Shown: positions 1 to 10,121, numbered from the stretch's first letter. The stretch: 64,000 nucleotides of DNA from an uncultured Chloroflexia bacterium (GCA_963787375.1 CAWBCR010000031.1:215706-279705), one strand, 5' to 3'. The notes: generated by a model not told the origin, from the sequence alone. Translations and numbers: made by a program.

Positions 1-1
1 C

Positions 2-610
2 GGCACGCTGTTCGACGACGCGTGGCTGTGCGTCGACATCATGAACGGGCTGCTCACCCGGCGCGGCCTGCCGGGCATGACGCCTGAGCGCTACGAGACC
101 ATCTTCGATTTTCCGGTGGAGGATTACTATCGCCGGGCGGGCTTCGACTTTGACGTCGACCCGTTCCTGAAGCTGAGCGACGAGTTCATGGGGCCGTACC
201 GCGTGCGCACAGCGGAGTGCGGCCTGCGCGGCGACACACGTGAGGCGCTGGAGCGGGCCCGCGCGCTGGGCGTCACCCAGTCGATCCTGTCGGCAATGGA
301 GCAGGTGCAGATCGAGGGGCTGCTGGCGCGCTTCGGGCTGCGCAGTTACTTCACCGACGTGGTCGGGCTGGGCGACCAGCACGCGCGCGGCAAGCTCGAC
401 GTGGGGCGGCGCTGGCTGGCCGGGCAGCGCCTCGCGCCGGAGCGCATGATCTTCGTCGGCGACACCACCCACGATTACGATGTGGCGCAGGCGCTGGGCG
501 TGGCCTGCGTGCTCATCCACAGCGGGCACCATTCGCGCGCCCGGCTGGAGGCAGTTGGCGCGCCGGTCATCGGGACGCTGATGGAGCTGTTCGAGATACC
601 GGGGCAGTGA
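2..610 (+). CDS. HAD-superfamily hydrolase (phosphatase-like); 5' end lies outside the window
   Basis: ORF 41..610 stays open in the same frame back to base 2 (GTLFDDAWLCVDIMNG). C-terminal 'MIFVGDTTHDYDVA' fits HAD motif IV. A hairpin follows the stop. Confidence 0.7.
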   Translation, partial: GTLFDDAWLCVDIMNGLLTRRGLPGMTPERYETIFDFPVEDYYRRAGFDFDVDPFLKLSDEFMGPYRVRTAECGLRGDTREALERARALGVTQSILSAMEQVQIEGLLARFGLRSYFTDVVGLGDQHARGKLDVGRRWLAGQRLAPERMIFVGDTTHDYDVAQALGVACVLIHSGHHSRARLEAVGAPVIGTLMELFEIPGQ

Positions 611-635
611 TCCACCGGACGATCCGCAAACAAAA

Positions 636-655
636 GCCCGGACGGGTGTCCGGGC
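636..655. terminator. GC hairpin between convergent genes (gcccggac-gggt-gtccgggc)
   Basis: Perfect 8-bp stem read directly. An A-run lies upstream on the + strand, which is a T-run after the stem on the - strand, so it suits the minus-strand gene 689..952 best. Confidence 0.35.
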
Positions 656-688
656 GGAGTCGTGGTGTACTCGGCGCGTGCCTGCCGG

Positions 689-952
689 CTAAATCCACAT
701 GTGGATCTTTTCGCGCTCGGGCTTGGCTTCAGGCTTGGGTTTGGGCGGCATGAACTCGGTGACATCCCGGTAGGTGCCATCGGGCATCAGGTCGAGCGGC
801 ACTGGCTCGCCGGTTATCTTCACCTGCCAGCGCGCGCAGTTCTCGTTGAAGCCCAGGCAGTAGCGCCGCATGCAGTCCAGTTGCTCATTCATCCTGAGGT
901 AGGCGTAGATCTTACAAGCAGAAACAGACGGGCATACTTTGATTTCCGGCAT
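689..952 (-). CDS. small Cys-rich hypothetical protein
   Basis: ATG at 952 is preceded by GGAGGTGCAAG. The ORF has non-biased composition, unlike the overlapping + strand ORF. No family recognised. Confidence 0.5.
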   Translation of the reverse strand: MPEIKVCPSVSACKIYAYLRMNEQLDCMRRYCLGFNENCARWQVKITGEPVPLDLMPDGTYRDVTEFMPPKPKPEAKPEREKIHMWI

Positions 953-1142
953 CTTGCACCTCCGTTTGTGCCCTATCGCACAATACAATGATATTTGTAA
1001 TGTATATGTCGGGCAAGGTGACTTCCGTCACGTTCCCGGCGGCGCTCTGTCCTGTTTCTGGCCCCTTCCGCCAACCTGACAATCCCCGCACACTGCGGTA
1101 GACTCATCGCCACGATCCTTACCGCCCCACACCGGGAGGCCC

Positions 1143-3868
1143 ATGAACGACCGCCTGCGCCGTGCGGCGCCCGACATCCTGATCATTGCGCTGCTGTTCG
1201 TCGTGCCGCTGATCGTCTTCTTCCCGCAGACGGTCGGCGGGAAGACACTGCTGCCGCTCGACAACTTGTTCCAGTGGCAGCCCTACCGAGCGCTGGCCGC
1301 GCAGGCCGGGGTCGGCCCGGCGCACAACCCGCTGATCTCCGACCTCGTGCTTGAAAACCTGCCGTGGAAGCAGTTCGCCCGCAGTGAGATTCTGTCCGGG
1401 CGCGTGCCGCTGTGGCAGCCCGATATCCTGGCCGGGACGCCCTTCCTGGCCGCCGGGCAGTCGTCGATGCTGTACCCCTTCAGCCTGCTGTTCCTGTTCC
1501 TGCCCATCACGGCGGCCTATGGCTGGTTTACGGTAATCCAGTTGTGGCTGGCGGGCGTGTGGATGTTCGTGCTGATGCGGGTGCTGGGTGTGCGGCGCGG
1601 CGGTGGGCTGATCGCGGCGCTGACCTACCAGTTGAGCGCGTTCTTCGTCGTCAGCGTGGTCTTCCCGATGATCATCGCCACGGCGGCGTGGCTGCCGCTG
1701 GAGATCGCCATGATCGAGCTGGTGATCCGCCAGCAGCCGGCGCTGGGGGGCCGCCCGGCGACGATCCCGTGGGCGGCTGCCGGCGCGGCGGGGCTGGGCA
1801 TGGCGGCGCTGGCCGGGCATGTCGAGGCGCTGTATTTCACGCTGCTGGTGATGGGCTTCTACGCGGCGTGGCGGCTGATCTCAGAAACCCTCATTCCCCA
1901 CGACGTGTCGCGCTGGCGCTGGCTGGCGATCCGCGCGGCGTGGCTGCTGGCGATGGTCGTGGCGGGGCTGGCGCTGGGCGCGGTGCAGATCGTGCCGGCC
2001 TACGAATTGGCGTCGCACAGCTTCCGCCAGGGCGCAGCGACCTACCAGCAGGTGCTGGGCTGGGCTTACCCTGCGCGGCGCGTGCTGGCCTTCCTGATGC
2101 CGAACTTCTTCGGCAGCCCGGCCCATCACAGCTACTTTGACCTGTTCCGCTGGGCGCAGGTGGCGATCACCGCCAACGCGCATGGCGAGGCGATCAGCAG
2201 CACCGAGTGGGGGCTGAAGAACTACGTCGAGGGCGGGGCCTACGTGGGGATTCTGCCGCTGCTGCTGGCGCTGGCGGCGGTGGTCCACTGGATCGGATCG
2301 CGCATCCCCGCCGGGGGCGACCGGCGGGTCGCCCCCGGTCTCGGCGCGGAACAGGCGGGCCGCCCCTACCGCGCAATCTTTGCCGTGCTGGGTGCGCTGT
2401 CGGTGACGTTCATCTTCGGCACGCCGACCTACGCGCTGCTGTACTACGGCCTGCCGTTCATCAACCAGTCGCACGCGCCGTTCCGCTGGGTGTGGCCGCT
2501 GACACTGTGCGTGGCAGCGCTGGCCGGGTTCGGCGTGGAGGCGCTCGCCCCCGCCACCGATGAGACAGCAGGGGCACCGCATGTCGTGCCCCTGCTGCAC
2601 AGGCGGCTGGCGGGCTGGCTGGGCTGGGGCGCGATCATCGGCGGGGCGGCGGTGATTGTGGGCGTCGTCGTGAGCCGCCTCGCCTATGGCGCGCTGAGCG
2701 GGCTGGTGCAGCGCGCCTTCGACGGGCTGGCGCAGGCGTCGTACGCCTTCCCCGACGCGCGCGCGTTCTATTCCTACGAGGCGCTCAACGCGCTGATCTT
2801 CGGCGCGATCCTGCTGGCGGCGGGCGGCGTGATCCGCCTGAGCCGCTCGGCGCGGTCGGTGCGCGGCGTGCCGCTGTGGCAGGCGCTCGGCGCGCTGCTG
2901 GTCGCCGCCGACCTGATAATCGCGACGTGCGGCTTTTACCCCGCCGCCGACCCGGCGCTGCTGGACCTCGTGCCGCCGTCGCTGGCGTGGCTCCGGCAGC
3001 AGCAGGCCGCCGACCCACTCGACCCGTGGCGGCTGGCCGTCTATGAGCAGCCGGGGGCCGATACGCTCAACGCCAACATCGCGTGGCTGAACGGGCTGCA
3101 GGACATCAGCGGCTACGACAGCCTGATCCCGGCGCAGTACGCCGACTACATGCGCCTAATTCAGGAGCAGGGCGACCTGCCCTACAACCGCATCGCGCCG
3201 ATCTACGCCGCGCACGCCGGGGCGCTCGACTCGCCGCTGCTCGACCTGCTGGGCGTGCGCTATGTGATCAGTGAGACGCCGCTCGACAATCCGCGCTACA
3301 TGCCGGTGTACCACGACGGCGCGGTGACAATCTACGAGAACGCGGGCGCAGCGCCGCGCGCCTTCACGCTGCCCGCGTCGAGCACCGTGCGTGGCGCGTT
3401 CGCACAGGCCGCGCTGGCCTACGACGTGCGGCACTACGTGATCATCGACGCGGCGGCCAGCCTGCCGGAACTCGATCCCTGTTCAGCCCGCCGGGTCTGC
3501 CGATCTGCGCAAGGCGGCCATCACCGTCTACGACGCGCCAGCAGGTATGGGTCGACGTGCAGGCCGAGGAGCCGCGCTGGCTGGTGGTCACCGGCAGCGA
3601 TTACCCCGGCTGGCGGGCGTGGGCGCGCCCGCTGGGCGGCGCCGATTCCACCGAGCAGGAAGTGCCGCTGTACCGCGTCGACGGCAATTTCCGGGGCGCG
3701 CTGCTGGAGCCGGGCGCGTGGACGGTGCGCATGAAGTTCAGCCCCGACTCATTCCGCTTCGGCGCGTTCGCGTCGTTCCTGACGGGGCTGGGCATGCTCT
3801 TCGCGCTGGGGGTGTGGGCCTGGCGCTTCTTCTACCGCGAGACGGGCGAGGGGCGCGACATCAGGCGC
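1143..3868 (+). CDS. YfhO-like polytopic membrane glycosyltransferase; two apparent +1 frameshifts near 3480 and 3540, and no stop before the next coding unit
   Basis: GGGAGG RBS before the ATG at 1143. Long multi-TM N-terminal region. The characteristic C-terminal 'VDVQAEEPRWLVVTGSDYPGWRAW..VDGNFRGALLEPG' plus the final TM helix is found only after shifting frame 0 to 1 to 2. Confidence 0.7.
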
Positions 3869-5334
3869 GTGGCCAAGAACACCGTCACGCCGATTGTCCT
3901 CAACCTGTTCAACAAGGGCATCAACTTCGTCCTGACCTTCGCCATGCTGCGCATCCTGGGGCCAACCGGCGCGGGCGACTACCGCTACGCGTTCGTCATT
4001 TACGGCTGGTTCGAGATCCTGTCGAACTTTGGCCTGAACACCTTCCTGATGCGCGAGGTCGCCCGCCACAAAGACGACGCCAACCGCTACCTGGTCAACA
4101 CCACGCTGCTGCGGCTGGCGCTGGTGACGGTCGGCATCCCGGCGCTGGTCGGTTTCATGCTCATCCGCCAGACGTTCATCACGCCGCCGCAGTCGGCGGC
4201 CACGCTGATCACCATCGGCCTGCTGTACGCCGGGCTGTTCTTCTCGACCATCTCGACGGGCCTGACGGCGCTGTTCTACGCCTACGAGAAGGCCGAATAC
4301 CCGGCAGCCATCCAGACCGTCTCGGCCTTCCTGACGACCGCTTTGGGCATCGGCGCGCTGCTGGCCGGCTGGGGGATCGTCGGGCTGGCGGGGGTGAGCG
4401 TGCTGGTCAACGCGGTGACGCTGGCGATCATGGGCGTGCTGGCGCTGCGGCTGTTCTTCAGGCCGCGATTGACGTTCAACTGGCCGCTCCAGCGCGAGGC
4501 GCTGGGCGAGTCGTTCCCGCTGATGATCAACCACCTGCTGGCGACGCTCTTTTTCGCATCGACGTGGTGCTGCTGGAGGCGATCAAGGGCGCGGAGGTGG
4601 TCGGCTGGTACGGGGTGACGTACACCTGGGTCGACGCGATCATGGTCATCCCGTCGTATTTCACGCTGTCGCTGTTCCCGATCATGAGCCGCCAGGCCGT
4701 CGACGACCGCCCGGCGCTGAAGCGCGCCTACGTGCTGGCCGTCAAGCTGATGACGCTGGTCTCCACGCCGACGGCCATCATGACCACGCTGCTCGCGCCG
4801 TTCCTGGTGGGCGTGCTGGGCGGCAAAGCGTTCCTGCCGCACGGCGCAATTGCGATGCAGATCTTCATCTGGTCGATCCTGATTGGCTGGATCAACAGCG
4901 TGACGCAGTATGTCATCATCGCGCTGAACCGGCAGCGCACGCTGACCGTCGCCTTCGTGGTCGTGGCAGCCTTCAACATCGGTGCGAACCTGATCTACAT
5001 CCCGCGCTACTCGTACGTTGCGGCGGCGTTCATCACCATCCTGTCGGAGTTCGTGCTGTGGGGGATGTTCTACACCGTCATCCTGAGCGAGCTGGGCCGC
5101 ATCGACTGGCTGGCGACGCTGTGGCGGGTGGCGCTGGCCGGGGCGCTGTGCGCCGGCACGACGTGGTACCTGGCGCGGGTCAATATGTGGCTGGCGTTTG
5201 TGGCGGGTGGGCTGGTGTACGCCGTCGCGACGCTGGCGCTGCGGCCCTTCAGCGGCGACGAGCTGCGCCAGCTTGCGCCGATTGTGCCGGGCGTGGTGCG
5301 CCGCCGGCTGATGCCGCGCATCGCGGCGGAGTGA
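3869..5334 (+). CDS. MOP/Wzx-type polysaccharide flippase; apparent -1 frameshift near 4555; the GTG start at 3869 is tentative
   Basis: N-terminal half 'VAKNTVTPIVLNLFNKGINFVLTFAMLRILGPTGAGDYRYAF' is in the frame of ORF 3557..4618. The C-terminal half ('VVLLEAIKGAEVVGWYGVTY' to the end) is in the frame of ORF 3547..5334. About 12 or more TM segments. Confidence 0.7.
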
Positions 5335-5340
5335 ATCCGA

Positions 5341-5617
5341 CTACTTCCCGTAGACCTCACGGCGATGCCCGATGATCATCACAATGATAAGACGGCCAGC
5401 GTGATCAACGTCGTAGATTACCCTATAGTCACCTACTCGCAGACGATACAGGCCGCTCCATTCGCCAGTGAGCGGCCTGATGTTGAATAATCGGTGCGTT
5501 CTCCGCCAGCCAGCGGAGCCGCTTGACAATCCGCCGTGCGGTGGCCCTGTCGAGCCGTTTGAGATCGTCCTCTGCCCCTTGGGTCAACTTCAGACTGTAT
5601 TCCAACTCCTCAGTCAT
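5341..5617 (-). CDS. RelE/ParE-family toxin; apparent frameshift near 5480
   Basis: N-terminal 'MTEELEYSLKLTQGAEDDLKRLDRATARRIVKRLRWLAENAP' (ORF 5429..5617) joins C-terminal 'PLTGEWSGLYRLRVGDYRVIYDVDHAGRLIIVMIIGHRREVY' (ORF 5341..5529). Confidence 0.7.
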
Positions 5618-5831
5618 CGAGGCCCATCTCTCGTACGATGTCCTCCAGGGGACGACCTTCCGGCCTCTCGGCCAGATAGGCGCGCAGCCGCGCGGCGACC
5701 TCCGGCGTGAATTCCTTACCAGCGTCCGGGTCTTCCGCCTCGTCGACGATCTCCAGCAGCGCCTCGCGAATCGTCTCGCGGATGAGCGTCTTGAACTCCT
5801 CGATCGTCAAATCAGATACGTGATCAGCCAT
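5610..5831 (-). CDS. putative antitoxin partner of the RelE/ParE toxin
   Basis: ATG at 5831 (MADHVSDLTIEEF..). 73 aa, acidic. Its stop overlaps the toxin start by 8 nt. This is the tail of track ORF 5610..6137. Confidence 0.55.
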   Translation of the reverse strand: MADHVSDLTIEEFKTLIRETIREALLEIVDEAEDPDAGKEFTPEVAARLRAYLAERPEGRPLEDIVREMGLDD

Positions 5832-5898
5832 GTGCTGCAATCCTCGCCCGCTGTTGTGATCGTTGCAGGTATTATACTTCGAACGTAGACCGGCGCGG

Positions 5899-7398
5899 CT
5901 ATGGCTGCAAATCCGCCGGGCTGTAATCGCGGGCGCAGCGCACGCCGGTGGTGTCGTCCTGCGACTCAATCGGGAACCCGCCCCGGTCGGCGGCGCGGCT
6001 GAAGTACGGCGCGTCGTACCACGACCCGCCGCGCACCACGCGCGCCGACGCGTTGGCGTTGGGATCGTTGCGCCCGTCGTCGGGGTTATAGGGATAGTGA
6101 TAGTACACCTCGTCGTAGATGGTCGCCGTCCACTCACCGACGTTGCCCAGCATGTCGAGCGCGCCTACCCACGACGCGCCGCCGGGGTAGCTGCCCACCG
6201 GCGCGCTGAAGCGGTAGCCATCGTTCATCGTCGGGTCGCGCCAGTCGAAGGTGCATGACGCATCGCAGTAGTTGAGCAGCGACCCGACAAAAGTGACGCC
6301 CCACGGATAGTACAGGCTGTCCGGCCCGCGCGCCGCGTACTCCCATTCAGCCTCGGTAGGCAGCCGTGTCCCGCGCTGCTCGCAGGTATCCTTGGCCTCG
6401 GCCCACGTCAGCGAGTCGCGCGGGTGGGTCGAGCCGGGGAACTCGCCCGTCGAACCGGCCAGCGTGTTGGTCACCTCGGTCTGATCGAGCCAGAACGCCT
6501 GCTTGATGCACACCGTGTGCTGCGAGCCCTCATTCTGGAACCAGCTGACCTGGCAGTGGCCCTCCTCGCGGACGGCAACGCAGGCGTCGTAGGCGGCCTG
6601 CCGCTCGGCCAGCGTGCTGCCCATCAGGAAGCAGCCGACCGGCACCAGCACCATGTCGACACCGTCAAAGCTGCGGACGACCGGATCCGGCCAGCCGGCG
6701 TTGCTGTAGACCGGCTCGGAGGGGTCGAGGGGGATCGGCGTGGGCCCGGGCGTGTCGGTCGGGCCGGCGGGCACGATGACCGGCACGCGAGTCGATGTGG
6801 CGGCCCCGGCGGTCGGGCGGGTGGTGGCTGTCGCAGCGGGGGTGGCATCGCCGGGTTTCCTGCCGCCGTACAGGATGGCCAGCACCACTGTCAGCGCCAG
6901 CGCGCCGATGGTCAGCGGCAGCCACAGTGCGGCGATGCTCGGCAGGCGGCGCTTGCGGCGCGGCGCGGGCAGCGCTTGCGACCCATCGCCAGGCGGCGCG
7001 GGCAGCGCGTCGAGCAGCGCAGCCAGCGGCTGGTCGAAGTGCCGGCGAAAGTCAATGTACTGGATGGCGATCAGCTCCGGCGGCAGCTCGACCGTGCGCA
7101 GCATCACCGGGTAGACACGTCCCCGCTTGTGCTGAAGGGCGTACAGCAGCTCGTTGCGCACCCACGTCAATTCAATCAATTCGGGGGTGAGGACCACCAC
7201 GTAGGCGTAGCAGGCGTCGAGCGCCTGCTGGATCTCAAGATTCCACGGCGTGCCCGCGCCGATGCCCTGCACGTCGATCCACACCGTGTGGCCGGCGGCG
7301 GTCAGCGCATCGGCGAGGCGGTGGGCGAAGGCCTTGTCCGGCTCGGTCTGGCGATAGCTGATGAATACGTAGCGAAGGGCACTGGCGCTGTGTGACAT
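5899..7398 (-). CDS. TIR domain - single TM helix - Pro/Thr linker - FGE-sulfatase (SUMF1/C-type-lectin-fold) domain protein
   Basis: ATG at 7398 follows GGAGCGCGGAACC. TIR: 'YVFISYRQTE..TWVRNELLYAL'. TM: 'LPSIAALWLPLTIGALALTVVLAILYGG'. FGE domain: 'RLPTEAEWEYAARG', 'GNVGEWT', 'RVVRGGSW'. Confidence 0.85.
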   Translation of the reverse strand: MSHSASALRYVFISYRQTEPDKAFAHRLADALTAAGHTVWIDVQGIGAGTPWNLEIQQALDACYAYVVVLTPELIELTWVRNELLYALQHKRGRVYPVMLRTVELPPELIAIQYIDFRRHFDQPLAALLDALPAPPGDGSQALPAPRRKRRLPSIAALWLPLTIGALALTVVLAILYGGRKPGDATPAATATTRPTAGAATSTRVPVIVPAGPTDTPGPTPIPLDPSEPVYSNAGWPDPVVRSFDGVDMVLVPVGCFLMGSTLAERQAAYDACVAVREEGHCQVSWFQNEGSQHTVCIKQAFWLDQTEVTNTLAGSTGEFPGSTHPRDSLTWAEAKDTCEQRGTRLPTEAEWEYAARGPDSLYYPWGVTFVGSLLNYCDASCTFDWRDPTMNDGYRFSAPVGSYPGGASWVGALDMLGNVGEWTATIYDEVYYHYPYNPDDGRNDPNANASARVVRGGSWYDAPYFSRAADRGGFPIESQDDTTGVRCARDYSPADLQP

Positions 7399-7563
7399 GG
7401 TTCCGCGCTCCGGATATGAAATCCACGCTAACATCATATCATGAGATGCGGCGGCAGGCGCAACGAGTTCGTGCTGATCCCCTGCCAGAGTTAACCTTGA
7501 TCCCGGCGGCGGGCCTCACTCCCTGTTATCGCAGCCCAGAATCAAGCGCACCCGCATGGCTTA

Positions 7564-7572
7564 TGTTATACT
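7564..7572 (+). promoter_or_regulatory. candidate extended -10 (TGtTATACT) upstream of the STAND gene
   Basis: Read directly in the 248-bp divergent intergenic region. No convincing -35. Confidence 0.25.
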
Positions 7573-7646
7573 GGTGTGCAGCATAGAGACCAGGCTCATG
7601 CCGGCGCGTGATGCGCCCGGCATTATGGGTGAGGACCGGAGAAGAC

Positions 7647-9776
7647 ATGACCGACAACCCGGGCACAGCCAGCGCTGCTCATGATACAGATGAGGTGACC
7701 CCGCCCGAAGAGGACGTGACCTTCAAGCTGGTCAGCGGCCCGCCTGATCCGTCTGTGCCCTACCAGGCCCCTAACCTGCCGCCGTATTTCGTCCCGCGCG
7801 AAGAGCTGATCGCGATCAAGAAGCTGCTGCTGGGCCGCCCGACGGCCTCGCTGGCCCCGCTGACTTTGCACGGCCCGTCGGGCTCTGGCAAGACGGCCAT
7901 CGCCGCCGCCATCGCCCACGATGCCGACGTGCTCAAGAGTTTCCCCGACGGCGTCCTGTGGTACTCGCTGGGCGAAGGCGACGACCCGCAGCACGCCCAG
8001 GCGGTGTGGGCGCTGGCGCTCGGCATCGAGATCAGCCACCTGCCCGATACAACCAGCCGCGCGGCGGCGCTGCGCACCGTCCTGCGCGACCGGCACGCGC
8101 TGCTGGTCATCGACGCTGTGACGGACGTCGAGCAGTTGAAAGCGCTGAACGTCGGCGGGCCGAACTGCGCCCGGCTGATCACCACCGACGCCGTCGACGA
8201 CGTGAGCTACGCCTTCAAGACGCGCCGCTACGCCATCAGCCGCATGCGCGAGGAAGAGGCGCTGAAACTGCTGATCGAGTGGGCCGGCATCCTGCCCGAC
8301 ATCTACCTGCCGACCGTCAAAGAGATCGTGCAGCGGCTGGGATTCTCGCCGCTGGCGCTGGCGTTGGTCGGCGCGCAGGCGCGGCAGGGCATCACCTGGC
8401 TGCGGCTGCTCGAAATGCTGCGCGACGACCAGGGACAACTGTCGGAGGTGGACCCCGACGACGCGGAGATGCGGGGCAAGGCGCTGGGGTTGGTGCTGAA
8501 CGTGGTGCTCTCGCGCTTTGGCGGCGCGCAGCTTCAACGCTCGACGCTGCTGGGCGCGTTCGCCGCCGGGGCGGGCTCGCCGTTCTCGGTCGACGCAGCG
8601 GCGGCCTGCTGGGAATTATCCGCCGTCGAGGCCCGCCGCACGCTGGAGCTGCTGGTCGAGGCGTCGCTGGTGCAGCGCCTGCCGTTCGACCTGTACGCGC
8701 TGCATCCCGCGCTGCGCGACCACCTGCGCCAGGCCGCCGACACCGATGCGCTGCACGCGGCGATCAAGCGCATCCGGCTGCATTACGTGGGGCTCGTCGA
8801 GCGCGACAGCGACGAGACTATCGACCGGCAGCTTGGCCAGTTGATGTTCGTCTACGGCAGCACCTCCGACGGCGACGTCGCCGCCGACAACGTGTTCACC
8901 GACGCGTTGATGAGCTACTTCGAGCGGCGCGGGTTGTGGGCCAACCTGGCGCTGCTGGCTACCGGCGCGGTCGAGGCGGCAGCCGCCGCCAACGACGTGA
9001 TGCGCGAGCACATGTACCTGGGCGACCTGGGCTACGCGCACACCATGCTGGGCCAGCTTCAGGCGGCGCGCGAATGCTTTGAGCGCAGCCTGGCGATCAG
9101 CGAGAAGCTGGGGGACCCCGCCGGCGAAGCGTCGGCGCTGAACAACATCGGCGCGACCCACGAGCGCGAAGGGGCGTACCTGCAGGCGCATACCTATTAT
9201 GAGCGCAGCCTGCGCATCCGCGAGACGCTGGGTGTGCGTGAAGACATCGCCGAGGCGCTGAACAACGTCGCGGGCGTGCTGTACTGGGAAGAGCAGTGGG
9301 ACGAGGCCATCAGCGGCTTCCAACGCGCGCTCGACATGTACACTGTGCTCGGCGACCGGCGCGGGCAGGCGCAGACCTGGCTGAATATCGGCGCGGTGTG
9401 CGAGCGGCTGGGCCGCGACGGCGAGGCTGAGCAGTCATACCAGCGCAGCCTGGCGATCTACGCCAACCTCGGCCAGCCCGACGGCGAGGCGCAGGCCCAC
9501 AACAACCTGGGGATCATCTACTTTAACCAGGGCGACACCGAGCGGGCGCTGGCGTCCTTCAAGCGCAGCCTGGCGCTCAAGGAGAAGCTGGGCGACCGGC
9601 CCGGCGAGGCCTCGACGCTGAACAACATCGCGCTGCTGTACGAGAAGTCCGGCGCGCTGGCGCTGGCGCTGGAGAACTACGAGCGCAGCTTCGAGATCCT
9701 CAACTCGCTCGAAGACCCCCGCGCCGACCTCGTCCAGGAGAACATCGACACACTGCGCGAGGCGATGAAGAAGTAG
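7647..9776 (+). CDS. NB-ARC/STAND ATPase with C-terminal TPR array and no recognisable N-terminal effector domain
   Basis: ATG at 7647 follows GGAGAAGAC. Walker A 'GPSGSGKTA', Walker B 'ALLVIDAV', 'CARLITTD'. At least 8 TPR units of the 'A..Y.RSLAI.E.LGD..GEA..LNNIG' type. Confidence 0.85.
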   Translation: MTDNPGTASAAHDTDEVTPPEEDVTFKLVSGPPDPSVPYQAPNLPPYFVPREELIAIKKLLLGRPTASLAPLTLHGPSGSGKTAIAAAIAHDADVLKSFPDGVLWYSLGEGDDPQHAQAVWALALGIEISHLPDTTSRAAALRTVLRDRHALLVIDAVTDVEQLKALNVGGPNCARLITTDAVDDVSYAFKTRRYAISRMREEEALKLLIEWAGILPDIYLPTVKEIVQRLGFSPLALALVGAQARQGITWLRLLEMLRDDQGQLSEVDPDDAEMRGKALGLVLNVVLSRFGGAQLQRSTLLGAFAAGAGSPFSVDAAAACWELSAVEARRTLELLVEASLVQRLPFDLYALHPALRDHLRQAADTDALHAAIKRIRLHYVGLVERDSDETIDRQLGQLMFVYGSTSDGDVAADNVFTDALMSYFERRGLWANLALLATGAVEAAAAANDVMREHMYLGDLGYAHTMLGQLQAARECFERSLAISEKLGDPAGEASALNNIGATHEREGAYLQAHTYYERSLRIRETLGVREDIAEALNNVAGVLYWEEQWDEAISGFQRALDMYTVLGDRRGQAQTWLNIGAVCERLGRDGEAEQSYQRSLAIYANLGQPDGEAQAHNNLGIIYFNQGDTERALASFKRSLALKEKLGDRPGEASTLNNIALLYEKSGALALALENYERSFEILNSLEDPRADLVQENIDTLREAMKK

Positions 9777-9806
9777 TGCTCTATCCACGCAACCTGATGA
9801 CATGCA

Positions 9807-9828
9807 GCGCGGCCCACACGGGCCGCGC
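9807..9828 (+). terminator. intrinsic terminator-like hairpin after the STAND gene
   Basis: gcgcggccc-acac-gggccgcgc followed by cttcttgt. Confidence 0.45.
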
Positions 9829-9857
9829 CTTCTTGTATGCGTGATCCCGCGCTCATT

Positions 9858-10121
9858 TCACAGCGCCGCTACGTCGCCGACCTCCTGCACGTCGACCGGC
9901 ACGCCGTCCAGCGCATCGGGCAGCTGCTCCGCCTCGTCGAGGTCGTCGGGCGGGCGCTTGGCCCGCACGCTGACGATGATCGCGATCTCGCCGGTGATCT
10001 CGCCGCCACGCTGGCGCAGCCCCACGCCGACGGCCACCACGCCGGGCCGCTGCATGAGGTCGTCCTCGTAGCGGGCTTTCACCGCGCGGGCGCGGCTGAG
10101 TGGGTCGCCCGGCCCGCTCAC
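9858..10121 (-). CDS. small hypothetical protein, translationally coupled (GTGA overlap) to the upstream gene
   Basis: The GTG at 10121..10119 overlaps the TGA stop of gene 10118..10789. The C-terminal part 'RPGVVAVGVGLRQRGGEITGEIAIIVSVRAKRPPDDL..GVPVDVQEVGDV' looks protein-like. The start is uncertain. Confidence 0.45.
   Translation of the reverse strand: MSGPGDPLSRARAVKARYEDDLMQRPGVVAVGVGLRQRGGEITGEIAIIVSVRAKRPPDDLDEAEQLPDALDGVPVDVQEVGDVAAL

Noticed and set aside
3480-3545. Programmed ribosomal frameshifting to explain the two +1 shifts in the YfhO-like gene.
   Set aside because: There is no slippery heptamer or downstream pseudoknot. Similar single shifts are scattered through many unrelated genes, so generic indels explain them more simply.
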